Positions 9,202 to 18,766 of a stretch of 58,307 bases of DNA are shown here, in pieces (positions within the stretch are counted from its first letter, which is position 1; the number at the start of each line of letters is the position of its first letter). The notes beneath the pieces were generated by a model. The model searched no databases. It saw only the letters and a list, made by a program, of their open reading frames with translations, and was not told where the DNA came from. Location of the stretch: NCBI GenBank assembly GCA_018920245.1, contig JAHLMS010000002.1, positions 1-58,307 of the forward strand. Direction: 5' to 3'. Source of the DNA: Candidatus Aenigmatarchaeota archaeon (GTDB taxonomy: Archaea; Aenigmatarchaeota; Aenigmatarchaeia; Aenigmatarchaeales; JAHLMS01). The translations under genes and the position numbers were made by a program.

Positions 9202-10392
9202 ATGAAGGGGTTCGTATATCTCATAGAGGTCGCAATAGCGGGATTGCTCACGGTGCTGGCGCTCGCCGCGCTTATATCGACGACTACATTGCGGGCAGGG
9301 TGGGAGCGCCCCGACCTGATAGCGCTTGGAGACAGTGTAATGTGGTCGCTCGAGGCATCAAACCAGATGATAAACGTTCTTAATGGCAACGCATCAAACA
9401 TAACACGCATGCTGCCATTCAATATCCGATGGGCTCTGCATGTTTCAGGTACTCCAAAATCGGAGATAAGGGTGGGTTGCGTATGCGATTTCAAAAATTA
9501 TACCTTGGTAAAGGACATGCTTGAACTGACGTACATCAATGGTCGCCCAATAAATTTCACAGTTGACCAGTTGTCGTGGCCAACAATGAACGCGAACGAT
9601 TATGACGTGATAATTTTCACCACGCCTGTCGCATTTGATACCGACAATGATGTGAAAAACTATCTCTCATTGGGCCGCGGCATTATTGCACTGTTCAATA
9701 TGGATGCCAGTGCATTGTCAAATATGACCAACACTTTCGGACTTAGGGCTCAAACAAGACCTATACCGCCATCCGGCTACATTAACTTCACTGAATACAA
9801 TCCGACCGTGAATAGAATACCGAAATATTTCTTCGGTTTTGGTATGCCCGTAACGACGACATATGCGATAGGGGACGGCAAGGTCAGTGGGACATGGAAA
9901 CTGTGGGGTGTGGACAGGCAGGTAAACGTCACACCATCGATGCGTGTCGAGATCGAGGGCGCTGTCCCAAGCAGCGTTGTAGAAGGCGGCGGATTTGTCA
10001 TGACAGGACCTTCCGGCAATGTCAACTTCAAGATCAAAAAAATATGGCCCGACAGCAGCGGTGTCATATTTCAACCACTCGTGCCAGATTTCGATTTTCT
10101 GAATTTTGCGAATGATGATACAACAGTCACAGGCAACATCAATATTGTCAGCGATGGTGTGATATCCGCCGTGACTGCTAACGGCACAGCAGTATGGATA
10201 TCTGACTGGCCTGTGCTGAGCAGCGAATATGGCTTGCTGTTGCGCGCGGCTGTGGCATCGCTTGCAACAGATTGGTGGGTTGTGGAAGCTGTTAACCCGA
10301 GGGAACCTGTCACAACAACAGCGTTCGCCTCATTGAGCGGTGACACGCCTGAAACAGTAAAACTTGTACTGTGGTTGTGGTATGTCTTCTAG
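9202..10392 (+). CDS. Large pilin-like / pilus-associated secreted protein
   Basis: MKG|FVYLIEVAIAGLL N-terminus; many N-x-S/T sequons. Confidence 0.75.
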   Translation: MKGFVYLIEVAIAGLLTVLALAALISTTTLRAGWERPDLIALGDSVMWSLEASNQMINVLNGNASNITRMLPFNIRWALHVSGTPKSEIRVGCVCDFKNYTLVKDMLELTYINGRPINFTVDQLSWPTMNANDYDVIIFTTPVAFDTDNDVKNYLSLGRGIIALFNMDASALSNMTNTFGLRAQTRPIPPSGYINFTEYNPTVNRIPKYFFGFGMPVTTTYAIGDGKVSGTWKLWGVDRQVNVTPSMRVEIEGAVPSSVVEGGGFVMTGPSGNVNFKIKKIWPDSSGVIFQPLVPDFDFLNFANDDTTVTGNINIVSDGVISAVTANGTAVWISDWPVLSSEYGLLLRAAVASLATDWWVVEAVNPREPVTTTAFASLSGDTPETVKLVLWLWYVF

Positions 10393-11050
10393 ATGCTTTG
10401 TCTGCGGAAAGCGACTAGCTGTTATTGATGGATGGTGTGCCGAGGACTGGAACGCCCAGCATGAACTTGTCAAACTGCCCGCCAGACTTGAGGTTACGAT
10501 TTGCAGTCGTTGCGACCGTGCAAAAATATCTGGAAAATGGCAGGTTTGGAATGCACAGGCATTCCTGCGAAGCAAAGCGAAGGTCTTTGGCCGTCTGGAT
10601 AGATTTGATGTGAACAGACAGAACGAAAAATTCACTGTGCTGGCGTCCGGACTTGTTGAACGTGGCAAAAAGTTGAAGACAGAGAAACACACAGTGCTCA
10701 TAAACTTCAACTGTGTGGTCTGTCCGGATTGTTCGCGCGCATTAGGCGGATATTACGAAGCTGTGCTGCAACTGCGTGGGGATATATCAGAGAACGTGAT
10801 AAAATACTTTGAGCGGGAAGCTGCCAAGATATCTGCTGTTGACGCACGGGCTTTTTATTCTGTTAAAGATGTAAAGGAAGGGTTCGATGTACGCATCGGT
10901 AGCGCATCGGCAGCAAGCAAGCTTGCAAGGTTGCTGAAGGAAAAGTATGGCGCCGAACTGAAGAAGAGCTATAAGCTGGTAGGCCGTAAGTCTGGCAAGG
11001 ACATATATCGTATGTTCATCTCCGTCCGTTTCAGGCAACGATTTAAATAG
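10382..11050 (+). CDS. nmd3: NMD3-family ribosome biogenesis protein
   Basis: CFVCG, ICSRC, VCPDCSR..GGYYEAVLQLR and SYKLVG motifs. Confidence 0.9.
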   Translation: MSSRCFVCGKRLAVIDGWCAEDWNAQHELVKLPARLEVTICSRCDRAKISGKWQVWNAQAFLRSKAKVFGRLDRFDVNRQNEKFTVLASGLVERGKKLKTEKHTVLINFNCVVCPDCSRALGGYYEAVLQLRGDISENVIKYFEREAAKISAVDARAFYSVKDVKEGFDVRIGSASAASKLARLLKEKYGAELKKSYKLVGRKSGKDIYRMFISVRFRQRFK

Positions 11051-11070
11051 TTCTATGCTGAAGTGTTCCT

Positions 11071-11400
11071 ATGGCATACCATGAGCCCAAAACACCAGAA
11101 GAGTTGGAAGAAGAATTGGCACGAACACGCATCCCAAAAACGGGGGAGATTCTCGGTATAGTTAGTGCCATGATGGGTGCTGGAAAACTCACGGTCGAAT
11201 GTGATGACGGCAACACGCGCCTGTGCAGAATTCCAGGAAAGATTCGAAAACGCATATGGGTGCGCGTCGGGGACCTTGTGATTGTAGAACCGTGGAAAGT
11301 CCAAAGCAACGAGCGCGGGGACATTGTCTGGCGCTACACAAACACACAGGCGGAGTGGCTCAAACGAAAGGGTTACTTGAAGAAGCTATCGCTCGGATAG
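11071..11400 (+). CDS. eif1a: Translation initiation factor aIF-1A
   Basis: CDDGNTRLCRIPGKIRKRIWVRVGDLVIVEPW...RGDIVWRY. Confidence 0.97.
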   Translation: MAYHEPKTPEELEEELARTRIPKTGEILGIVSAMMGAGKLTVECDDGNTRLCRIPGKIRKRIWVRVGDLVIVEPWKVQSNERGDIVWRYTNTQAEWLKRKGYLKKLSLG

Positions 11401-11433
11401 CATTTTTAAGGTTCGGGTCATGATTCTATTTTC

Positions 11434-12171
11434 ATGACAAGGCAGAAGTGGAAAGAAGCACTTGTTGATGTGAGCGAGCTACGAAAAACATGGGGCGGCA
11501 TTTTCGACAACTCAACAATCCTCACCATCCGAGGCTTGATGATACGCGGTGCCATAAAGGAGTTGCACAGTGTCATCAAAGAAGGCAAGGAGAGCATGGT
11601 ATTGTCTGGCATCGGAAAAGATGGTCCGATAGCAATCAAGGTCTACGCAGTCGCTGCCGCCAATTTCAAGCGCATGCATCCATATCTCATAGGCGATCCG
11701 CGATTTGCACATGTCAAATCCGACAGACGGTCGATTGTCTATGCATGGGCGACCAAAGAGTACAAGAACCTGCAGAAGGCAGCCAATGCTGGGGTTGCAT
11801 GCCCGACACCTATCGCTGTTAGGGCCAACGTGCTCGTGATGTCCTTCCTTGGCGAAGGTGGTGTTTCGTATCCACGCCTCTCGGACATAAAATTAGAAAA
11901 CTATCAAAATGTTTTTGAGAATGTTGTGAATAATATGAAGCTACTCTATCAGAAAGCTAAAATCGTTCATGGCGACTTGTCTGAATTTAACATCTTGCTC
12001 GGCGATAAACCATACATGATAGATTTTTCACAGTCTGTGGTGCTCAACCATCCGCAGGCCGATGAATGGCTACGCAGAGATGTAGAGAACGTCTGCAAAT
12101 ATTTCAGCAAGCACGGCGTGGCGGCCGAAGCCGCACAGGTTTATCAACTCATCACCAACAAATCTTTTTAA
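11434..12171 (+). CDS. rio1: RIO1 family Ser/Thr kinase/ATPase
   Basis: GKES, AIKVY, WATKEYKNL, VHGDLSEFNIL, IDFSQSV. Confidence 0.95.
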   Translation: MTRQKWKEALVDVSELRKTWGGIFDNSTILTIRGLMIRGAIKELHSVIKEGKESMVLSGIGKDGPIAIKVYAVAAANFKRMHPYLIGDPRFAHVKSDRRSIVYAWATKEYKNLQKAANAGVACPTPIAVRANVLVMSFLGEGGVSYPRLSDIKLENYQNVFENVVNNMKLLYQKAKIVHGDLSEFNILLGDKPYMIDFSQSVVLNHPQADEWLRRDVENVCKYFSKHGVAAEAAQVYQLITNKSF

Positions 12172-12181
12172 GGTATGCAAC

Positions 12182-12661
12182 ATGAAAGAAGTTGTGATGA
12201 TTCCGGCCGACCGTGTAGGCGTGCTCACACAGCCGGTCCGTGATGAGATTGAGAAGCGGCTCGGAGTCAAGGTCAATATCATTGGTAACTCTGTTGAGCT
12301 TGATGGGGAAGGCATAGAGCTCCAGACAGCAATGAACATGATAAAGGCCATCGGTCGAGGCTTCGCTCCAGAGCGAGCATACCGTCTGTTCGAGGAAGAC
12401 CAGTTGCTTGAAATCATCGACATAGGTGGCTTTAGCGAGGCGCGTGCTGCAACTATACGGTCCAGGATAATAGGAACAAAGGGTCGCATGCGCAAACGCA
12501 TAGAAGATGCTTCAGGGGCCGCAGTCAGCGTATATGGAAAGACTATAGCTATAATCGGGACATGGGAGCAGGTCAATATGGCTAAGAAAGCGGTCGAGAT
12601 GCTGATTGGTGGAGCAATGCATTCGAGTGTAGAAAAGTTTTTATTGAGAGCAAGAAAGTGA
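12182..12661 (+). CDS. KH-domain pre-rRNA processing protein (Dim2/Pno1/Krr1-like)
   Basis: KAIGRGFAPE, RIIGTKG, SVYGKTIAIIG, GAMHSSV. Confidence 0.93.
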   Translation: MKEVVMIPADRVGVLTQPVRDEIEKRLGVKVNIIGNSVELDGEGIELQTAMNMIKAIGRGFAPERAYRLFEEDQLLEIIDIGGFSEARAATIRSRIIGTKGRMRKRIEDASGAAVSVYGKTIAIIGTWEQVNMAKKAVEMLIGGAMHSSVEKFLLRARK

Positions 12662-12666
12662 GTGTT

Positions 12667-14604
12667 ATGGCAAAGACTGACAGTGTGAAAACTGCAGAGA
12701 CCATGGCTGGTGCACTGCGCGAAATTTCTGTGGCTGAATTTTTCGAAAAGAATCGGCACCTGCTTGGTTTCGACAACCCTGCAAAAGCGCTGCTCACGGT
12801 TGTTAAAGAGGCAGTCGATAACAGTATAGATGCATGCGAGGAGGCGCGTATACTTCCTGACATAGTGGTGATAGTCAAAGAACCGCGCGAGGTCTTCAGG
12901 ATTACTGATGAGAGCGGTGTCGAAATCGGAATGATAACAAAGGTCGGCGACAAGCTTGAACTGCGCATTGGCGACGAGACTGCAAAGTTCATAGAGAAGA
13001 AGGAACCGCGCAAGACAGAGTCCGTTTACATCTTTGAGCACGGTGACAACACTTACAAATTCAGGGTCATGAAGAAGGAGATAAAAAAAGAGAACGGAAC
13101 GCCTGCCATCAGCGAGGTATACGAGTTCGTGCGTGGCAGGACCGAGCTTAGGATATCGAAGCAACCAGCTGACCGTTTCTCTATAATAGTTGAGGACAAT
13201 GGTCCTGGCATAGTAAAGGAACACATACCACGCGTGTTCGGAAAGCTTTTATACGGCAGTAAGTTCATGGGCGGAAAACAGTCGCGAGGACAGCAGGGTA
13301 TTGGCATTTCAGCGAGCGTACTGTATTCGCAATTGACTGCTGGCAAGCCGGCAATCATTCACAGTCGGACTGCTGCCAACAAACCTGTATACATGTACCA
13401 TCTGCGTATCGACACTACCAAGAACGAGCCTATAATAGTTGAAGAGAAATCCTTCAAGGAACCACCACCACTGGATGGCCAGAAACCTGTCATGACCGAA
13501 CATGGTGTCAGATTCGAGGTCGAGGTTGAAGGCAAATGGATACAGCGCTATCATAGCGTTGAAGAATATATTAAACAGACTGCTATATCAAACCCTTATG
13601 CGAACATAACGTTCGTCAAACCAGATGGAGAGATATGCAAATTTGAACGTGTCACAAAGGAGCTGCCACCGTTACCGAAATCTATCAAGCCGCACCCACA
13701 TGGCGTGGAGATGGGGGCGCTCGAGCGTATGCTCAAGCTTACAGATAGTCGGACGCTTGCTGGATTTTTATCAAATGATTTCAGCCGTATCGGTCCGGGA
13801 ACAGCGATGCAAATATGCAAGCTTTCAAACCTGAAACCATCGCTCAAGCCTAAGGATGTCGACCACGAACAACTCGAACGGCTGTGGCGCACGCTGCAGT
13901 CCTTCGCTTTCATGAAACCTCCGATGGATTGTCTGTCTCCAATGGGCGAAGAGAGGATGATAGAAGGGCTTAAAAAGGAGTACAAGCTTGACTTCGTCAC
14001 AGCAGTGAGCCGGTCGCCTGCGGTCTACCGAGGTATGCCTTTTCTAATAGAGGTTGGTGTGGGCTACGGTGGCGAACTGAAAGATAATGAGCCGGCAAAG
14101 ATACTGCGCTTCGCGAACCGAGTGCCATTGCTCTATCAAGCAGCAAGCTGTGCGACCACGAAGGCCGTACAGAAAATCGATTGGCGCCACTACGGCTTGG
14201 ACGTCTCTGGTAACATGCCCATCGGCCCGGCTATTATTGCAATACACATGGCATCGGTTTGGATACCTTATATCAGCGAAGCAAAAGAAGCTATCGCACC
14301 TTATCCTGTCATAGTCAAAGAGATAAAACTCGCACTGCAAGACTGCATGCGCAAACTCCAGCGCTACATCAGCGGCAAGCGACAACGCGAGGTAGCTGCA
14401 CAGCGTGCAAGCCTGTTCGAGAAGTACATACCTGAGGTCGCCGAAGCAATATCCAAGATATCAGATGTGCCGAAAGAGAAACTACAAACAGGGCTAGTCA
14501 ATATACTCAAGAAGGGGCAAATTATATTTGAGGATGAAAAGGCTGAAGATGAGAACGGAACAAAACCTGTTCAAACCGCATTAGCGAAGAAATCTGAAGA
14601 GTGA
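12667..14604 (+). CDS. top6B: DNA topoisomerase VI subunit B with a ~95-aa insertion
   Basis: EISVAEFFEKNRHLLGF, KEAVDNSIDA, EDNGPG, YGSKF, QSRGQQGIG, RFANRVPLLYQ. Confidence 0.96.
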   Translation: MAKTDSVKTAETMAGALREISVAEFFEKNRHLLGFDNPAKALLTVVKEAVDNSIDACEEARILPDIVVIVKEPREVFRITDESGVEIGMITKVGDKLELRIGDETAKFIEKKEPRKTESVYIFEHGDNTYKFRVMKKEIKKENGTPAISEVYEFVRGRTELRISKQPADRFSIIVEDNGPGIVKEHIPRVFGKLLYGSKFMGGKQSRGQQGIGISASVLYSQLTAGKPAIIHSRTAANKPVYMYHLRIDTTKNEPIIVEEKSFKEPPPLDGQKPVMTEHGVRFEVEVEGKWIQRYHSVEEYIKQTAISNPYANITFVKPDGEICKFERVTKELPPLPKSIKPHPHGVEMGALERMLKLTDSRTLAGFLSNDFSRIGPGTAMQICKLSNLKPSLKPKDVDHEQLERLWRTLQSFAFMKPPMDCLSPMGEERMIEGLKKEYKLDFVTAVSRSPAVYRGMPFLIEVGVGYGGELKDNEPAKILRFANRVPLLYQAASCATTKAVQKIDWRHYGLDVSGNMPIGPAIIAIHMASVWIPYISEAKEAIAPYPVIVKEIKLALQDCMRKLQRYISGKRQREVAAQRASLFEKYIPEVAEAISKISDVPKEKLQTGLVNILKKGQIIFEDEKAEDENGTKPVQTALAKKSEE

Positions 14605-14608
14605 TTGT

Positions 14609-15694
14609 ATGGTGAAGACTGACCAAACGAAAGCAAAATTAAAACAGATTGGAATAAAACTTGCCAAGGATATCGGGGCGGGCAAGAATCCGACGCTCGA
14701 TGTCCCGATACGCGCGCTCTCAAATGTCGCGTATGACCCGAAGACCAAGCTTATCATGCTCGGAGACAAGACAGCGAAACGATTCTTTTTCAACGTGGCG
14801 CACGTGCGCAAGTTCGTGCAGACCGTCGAGGTGGCGGCTACCGCAAAGGAGTTGCTGGACGTAGACAAGCACCTCAGCCTTAGGGAGGTATTCTATAGAA
14901 TCAACCGAACGCTGCCTGGAACCAACATCAACATCGTTGATGAGCAGGAGGAATCAAATAAAGCAATCGAAGACTTGGAACTGATAACAAATGCCTCCCG
15001 TGAACAGTTGCACATCAATGCGAACAAAATGGGTTCTGTCGTGGGCAAGGTTGTTATCAAGGATAAAGGCGATCTTGTCGATTGGTCCAAGCTCGGCAGC
15101 GGTGGTTGGGCCATACCGTCAAATGTGGAGGACATAGAATTCGTCAAGGTCAATGCCAAATTTATCATCTACATGGAAAAGGCCGCTGAATGGGAGCGGC
15201 TGCATGAAGACAAGGTGTGGGAAAAGCTGAACTGTATCATTATGTGCAGTCAAGGACAGGCGACGCGTGGTGTGCGTAGGCTTCTGCAACGCATGCACAT
15301 AGAGCACAAGTTGCCCATCTATGTGCTCGTAGACGGAGATCCATGGGGGGTCTACATCTATTCTGTACTGAAGTATGGTTCTATATCGCTCGCGCATATC
15401 AGCGAGCGTCTAGCGATACCAGGCGCACGTTTCCTTGGATTGTCTGCGGATGACGTGGAAAAGTACGACCTGAAAAGGCACATAATTAAATTCGAGGATG
15501 TGGATAAGGCGAGATTGGAGCAGATATCCAAGTATGAATGGTTCAAGAACAACAAAGAATGGCAGAGGCAATTCGACATGTGGCGCAAACTCGGAGGAAA
15601 GGTCGAATTGGCGGCATTATCATCCAAGGGCATAAGCTTCATCTCAGACAAGTACATACCAGACAAAATCAGAAACAAAGAATTTCTGGATTAA
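14609..15694 (+). CDS. top6A: DNA topoisomerase VI subunit A
   Basis: SLREVFY (catalytic Tyr), MEK, QGQATR and DGDPWG TOPRIM motifs. Confidence 0.96.
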   Translation: MVKTDQTKAKLKQIGIKLAKDIGAGKNPTLDVPIRALSNVAYDPKTKLIMLGDKTAKRFFFNVAHVRKFVQTVEVAATAKELLDVDKHLSLREVFYRINRTLPGTNINIVDEQEESNKAIEDLELITNASREQLHINANKMGSVVGKVVIKDKGDLVDWSKLGSGGWAIPSNVEDIEFVKVNAKFIIYMEKAAEWERLHEDKVWEKLNCIIMCSQGQATRGVRRLLQRMHIEHKLPIYVLVDGDPWGVYIYSVLKYGSISLAHISERLAIPGARFLGLSADDVEKYDLKRHIIKFEDVDKARLEQISKYEWFKNNKEWQRQFDMWRKLGGKVELAALSSKGISFISDKYIPDKIRNKEFLD

Positions 15695-15736
15695 CTCGTG
15701 CGTATTTAAATACAGTAAAAATAAAATTCTCTTCAC

Positions 15737-15845
15737 GGGGAGGTAGCTCAGCCTGGGAGAGCGCACGGCTGAAGATCAGCAAGGCAGGCTCTTTGCTGTC
15801 GCAAAGACCGTGATGTCGCGCGTTCAAACCGCGCCCTCCCCACCA
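15737..15845 (+). tRNA. tRNA-Phe(GAA) with 32-nt 37/38 intron (15775-15806) and encoded CCA
   Basis: GGGGAGG/CCTCCCC acceptor stem; CACGG CT GAA G|intron|A CCGTG; GCGCG TTCAAAC CGCGC T-arm; TTTAAATA at 15705. Confidence 0.92.
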
Positions 15846-15915
15846 TACAAATTTATATATTGATTGTTAAGTTTGAACCGCAATCTTTTTCAGTTTGGAC
15901 CTACAATAATATTTA

Positions 15916-16470
15916 ATGCTCATCCGGCTAATTCCGGTCGGTGAGGTGCCCGCGCAGGTAATCGAGGCTATCCTCTCGATTGTGCCGGAAGTTGTTGGTG
16001 CGAAAGTGCGGCTTATGCCCGTCATGCAGCTGCCTGCAGTAGCATTCAACAATTTTCGCAAGCAGTATGATGCAGAAAAGGTGCTTTCAGTGCTCGGTTC
16101 AAATTCTGCTGCCAAATTCATTGATCACAGCATACCGTCACTTTTTGTGACTGATGCAGACCTTTACTATGCGGGGCTCAGTTTCGTTTTCGGGCTCGAG
16201 GACCCTGCTGCTAGTGCAGCAATAATTTCCATTGCACGCCTGAAGCCTGAATTCTATGACAGGCATCCGAACATGACTGTGCTCATTGACAGAGCAGTAA
16301 AGGAAGCGATACATGAGATCGGACATTATCTGGGCTTCGAACACTGCCAGCACAGCTGGTGTGTCATGTCTTTCTCGCCGTCCGTTTCTGATGTGGACAA
16401 CAAGAAGCGCGAGTTCTGTAAGGACTGCCGGATAAAGGCAGCGATGCGTGGCGTGCACATACCTGGCTAA
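15916..16470 (+). CDS. amzA: Archaemetzincin zinc metalloprotease
   Basis: HEIGHYLGFEHC...CVMSFS...FCKDC; RKQYDA; FVFG. Confidence 0.93.
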   Translation: MLIRLIPVGEVPAQVIEAILSIVPEVVGAKVRLMPVMQLPAVAFNNFRKQYDAEKVLSVLGSNSAAKFIDHSIPSLFVTDADLYYAGLSFVFGLEDPAASAAIISIARLKPEFYDRHPNMTVLIDRAVKEAIHEIGHYLGFEHCQHSWCVMSFSPSVSDVDNKKREFCKDCRIKAAMRGVHIPG

Positions 16471-16502
16471 AAGCTTAAATTGGTCTAACAGAAGTATTGA
16501 TT

Positions 16503-17021
16503 ATGCCATTCGTAGCAGAGCTAATCGAGAATAAAGTTATTATCAGCGACCCGTCCGCTCTTACAGAGCTATATGAATCCGTCTGGTACGGCAAAACAAC
16601 AGACCGTGGGCTTGAGCTCGAACTTGTGGAGGCCTGCCTACTGGCCGAGCGGCAACGGATAGAGATTACAAAGAATGGTAAAAAAATAGATTTCAAGGAC
16701 TTCTACAACCTTTGCTGCGCGCTCGACACGCGGTTCGTGCCCCGCTATGCTGTGTACCGTGACCTGCGCGAGCGCGGACTGCCAGTGCGGGTCGGATTCA
16801 AAGGAACGGATTTCAAGGTTTATGAGCGCGGCTCCAAACCCAGCACTGCAGGCGAGGCGAAATGGATAGTGTTCGCTGAGAGCGAGGATTATCCGTGTGA
16901 ATTTGCAAAGCTTGGTAAGGCCATAAAACTAGCACAGAACATCCGTGCGCTTGCGTTGTGGGCAATTGTGGACAACGACCTTGATGTGACGTATTATATA
17001 ATTTCAACACCGAGCGTGTGA
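16503..17021 (+). CDS. endA: tRNA splicing endonuclease, probable structural (beta) subunit
   Basis: LELELVEACLL, YAVYRDLRERG, DFKVY, AIVDNDLDVTYY; lacks the catalytic His. Confidence 0.85.
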   Translation: MPFVAELIENKVIISDPSALTELYESVWYGKTTDRGLELELVEACLLAERQRIEITKNGKKIDFKDFYNLCCALDTRFVPRYAVYRDLRERGLPVRVGFKGTDFKVYERGSKPSTAGEAKWIVFAESEDYPCEFAKLGKAIKLAQNIRALALWAIVDNDLDVTYYIISTPSV

Positions 17022-17025
17022 TATT

Positions 17026-17568
17026 ATGGTTATTGAGGCGACACTTTCAGAAGACCGCGTAATAATCTGGGATCGTGAGGCTGGCAATAAAATATTTGAG
17101 ACTGGGTACTATGGCAAGCCGAAGGAGGATCGCCTCGAACTCTCACTAATTGAGGCGATGCATCTGCTTAATATGGGAAAAATAAAGGTTGTTGATGTTG
17201 AAAGAAAGGAAATCGATGCGAAGGCGTTCATGAAGTATTGTCATAAAATTGACCCACGATTCGACTTCCGTTATGCTGTGTACAGCGATTTGCGAAACAG
17301 GCAACTGCCAACGCGAACTGGATTCAAGTTCGGTTGCGACTTCCGTGTTTATGCAAAAGGCGTGAAGCCTCTGAAACGCGGTCCAAAGTCCGCAAAAGAG
17401 CACACCAAATGGATAGTATATGCAGTGCCGGAGAAGTTTGTATGCAGTTTTCAGGAACTCAGCCGTGCAGTAAGGCTTGCGCACAATATCAGGGCTAATA
17501 TGCTTTGGGCAATCGTCGACGAAGAGGGTAACGTGAGCTATTATCAGGTTACATTTTTCAAACCGTGA
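17026..17568 (+). CDS. endA: tRNA splicing endonuclease, probable catalytic (alpha) subunit
   Basis: LELSLIEA, VYSDLRNR, TGFKFGCDFRVY...KEH, RLAHNIR, AIVDEEGNVSYY. Confidence 0.9.
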   Translation: MVIEATLSEDRVIIWDREAGNKIFETGYYGKPKEDRLELSLIEAMHLLNMGKIKVVDVERKEIDAKAFMKYCHKIDPRFDFRYAVYSDLRNRQLPTRTGFKFGCDFRVYAKGVKPLKRGPKSAKEHTKWIVYAVPEKFVCSFQELSRAVRLAHNIRANMLWAIVDEEGNVSYYQVTFFKP

Positions 17569-17608
17569 GGTTTATATTGTTATTTTGTAAATAGAGAACC
17601 GTGATGTA

Positions 17609-18766
17609 ATGGATGTTCGCGAAATAATGTCAAAGAATTTTGTAAGTCTAGGCCCCGATGACACCATACAGGCATTTATGTCAGCGATGGAGCGATATCA
17701 CATACATTCCGTACCTGTCATTGAAAAAGGAAAGCTTCTCGGCAACCTAGAATATAAGAAACTTTCTAAAAAAGGCATCATCGATCCATCGACGGCCAAA
17801 ATCAGGTCGTTCATGGATTCACCACCGCCAACACTTAAGCCTGACAGTACAGTGGAGGCGGCAGCTGATGTCTTGTTCAAGTCCCGCATGCGCGCATTGC
17901 CTGTTGTGGAAAAAGGGAAGGTCATAGGCGTTGTGTCCGTATGGGACATCATGGATGTTGCCGCACGCACAAAATGCTTTAGGCAGACCACAGCGGATGC
18001 CATAATGTCTCCTGCTGAAACAATAAACGTGGATGACGACCTCGGCAAAGCGCGTGTATTCATGCGCGAAAAAGACATATCGCGCTTACCGGTTGTAAAC
18101 GCTGATGGCAAGCTCGTTGGCGTCCTTACTGTTTTCGACATGCTACGTGCGATCAAGCCGCGTGAAAGGCAAGGATGGTTCTCGATGGCAGCTGAGGTTG
18201 ACCGCATAATGGGTTGTCCTGTAAGCACTGTCATGAACAAGAATCCTGTTATCGCAGGACCACGAACCAGTCTGTCAGAAATTGCCAGCATGATGGTACA
18301 GCACAAGACGTCCGGAATCATAATAACCGACGGGGCTATGCCGCTCGGTGTTGTCACGATAAAGGACCTTCTTGAGGTTTATGTTGCCGGGCTCAGCCAG
18401 AAAGGTGTATACTACCAGGTTATAGGCCTGGAAGATGAGGATGAGATGACAATAAACACCGTAGACCGCATGATACGCGACACGTTGCAGAAAATAGCAA
18501 CAATAGTGCCGCTGCAATTCTTCTTCATCCATGTAAAGAAACACAGTCTTGAAGGCCTGAGGACAAAATATTCGGTGCGTGCGAGGCTACGTACGGACGC
18601 AGGCGTATTCATGTCCAAATCAGTGAAATGGGATGCCCGTGACGCCATCGGTACGGCGCTTGACAATCTGGAACGTATAATGCTGAAACGGAAGGAAGAA
18701 ATGGTCACAAGGATAAAAAAAGGTGCGCGCAAGTTTAAACAATTACGACAGACACAGGAGCTGTAA
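17609..18766 (+). CDS. Four-CBS-domain protein with C-terminal HPF/RaiA-like ribosome hibernation domain
   Basis: Four CBS repeats (PV..GKL.G); the C-terminal ~110 aa has the beta-alpha-beta-beta-beta-alpha pattern (YSVRARL...WDARDAIGTALDNLERIM). Confidence 0.8.
   Translation: MDVREIMSKNFVSLGPDDTIQAFMSAMERYHIHSVPVIEKGKLLGNLEYKKLSKKGIIDPSTAKIRSFMDSPPPTLKPDSTVEAAADVLFKSRMRALPVVEKGKVIGVVSVWDIMDVAARTKCFRQTTADAIMSPAETINVDDDLGKARVFMREKDISRLPVVNADGKLVGVLTVFDMLRAIKPRERQGWFSMAAEVDRIMGCPVSTVMNKNPVIAGPRTSLSEIASMMVQHKTSGIIITDGAMPLGVVTIKDLLEVYVAGLSQKGVYYQVIGLEDEDEMTINTVDRMIRDTLQKIATIVPLQFFFIHVKKHSLEGLRTKYSVRARLRTDAGVFMSKSVKWDARDAIGTALDNLERIMLKRKEEMVTRIKKGARKFKQLRQTQEL

Noticed and set aside
12883..13167. 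Intein in Top6B
   Set aside because: No N-terminal Cys/Ser block, no His-Asn C-terminus and no LAGLIDADG motifs.
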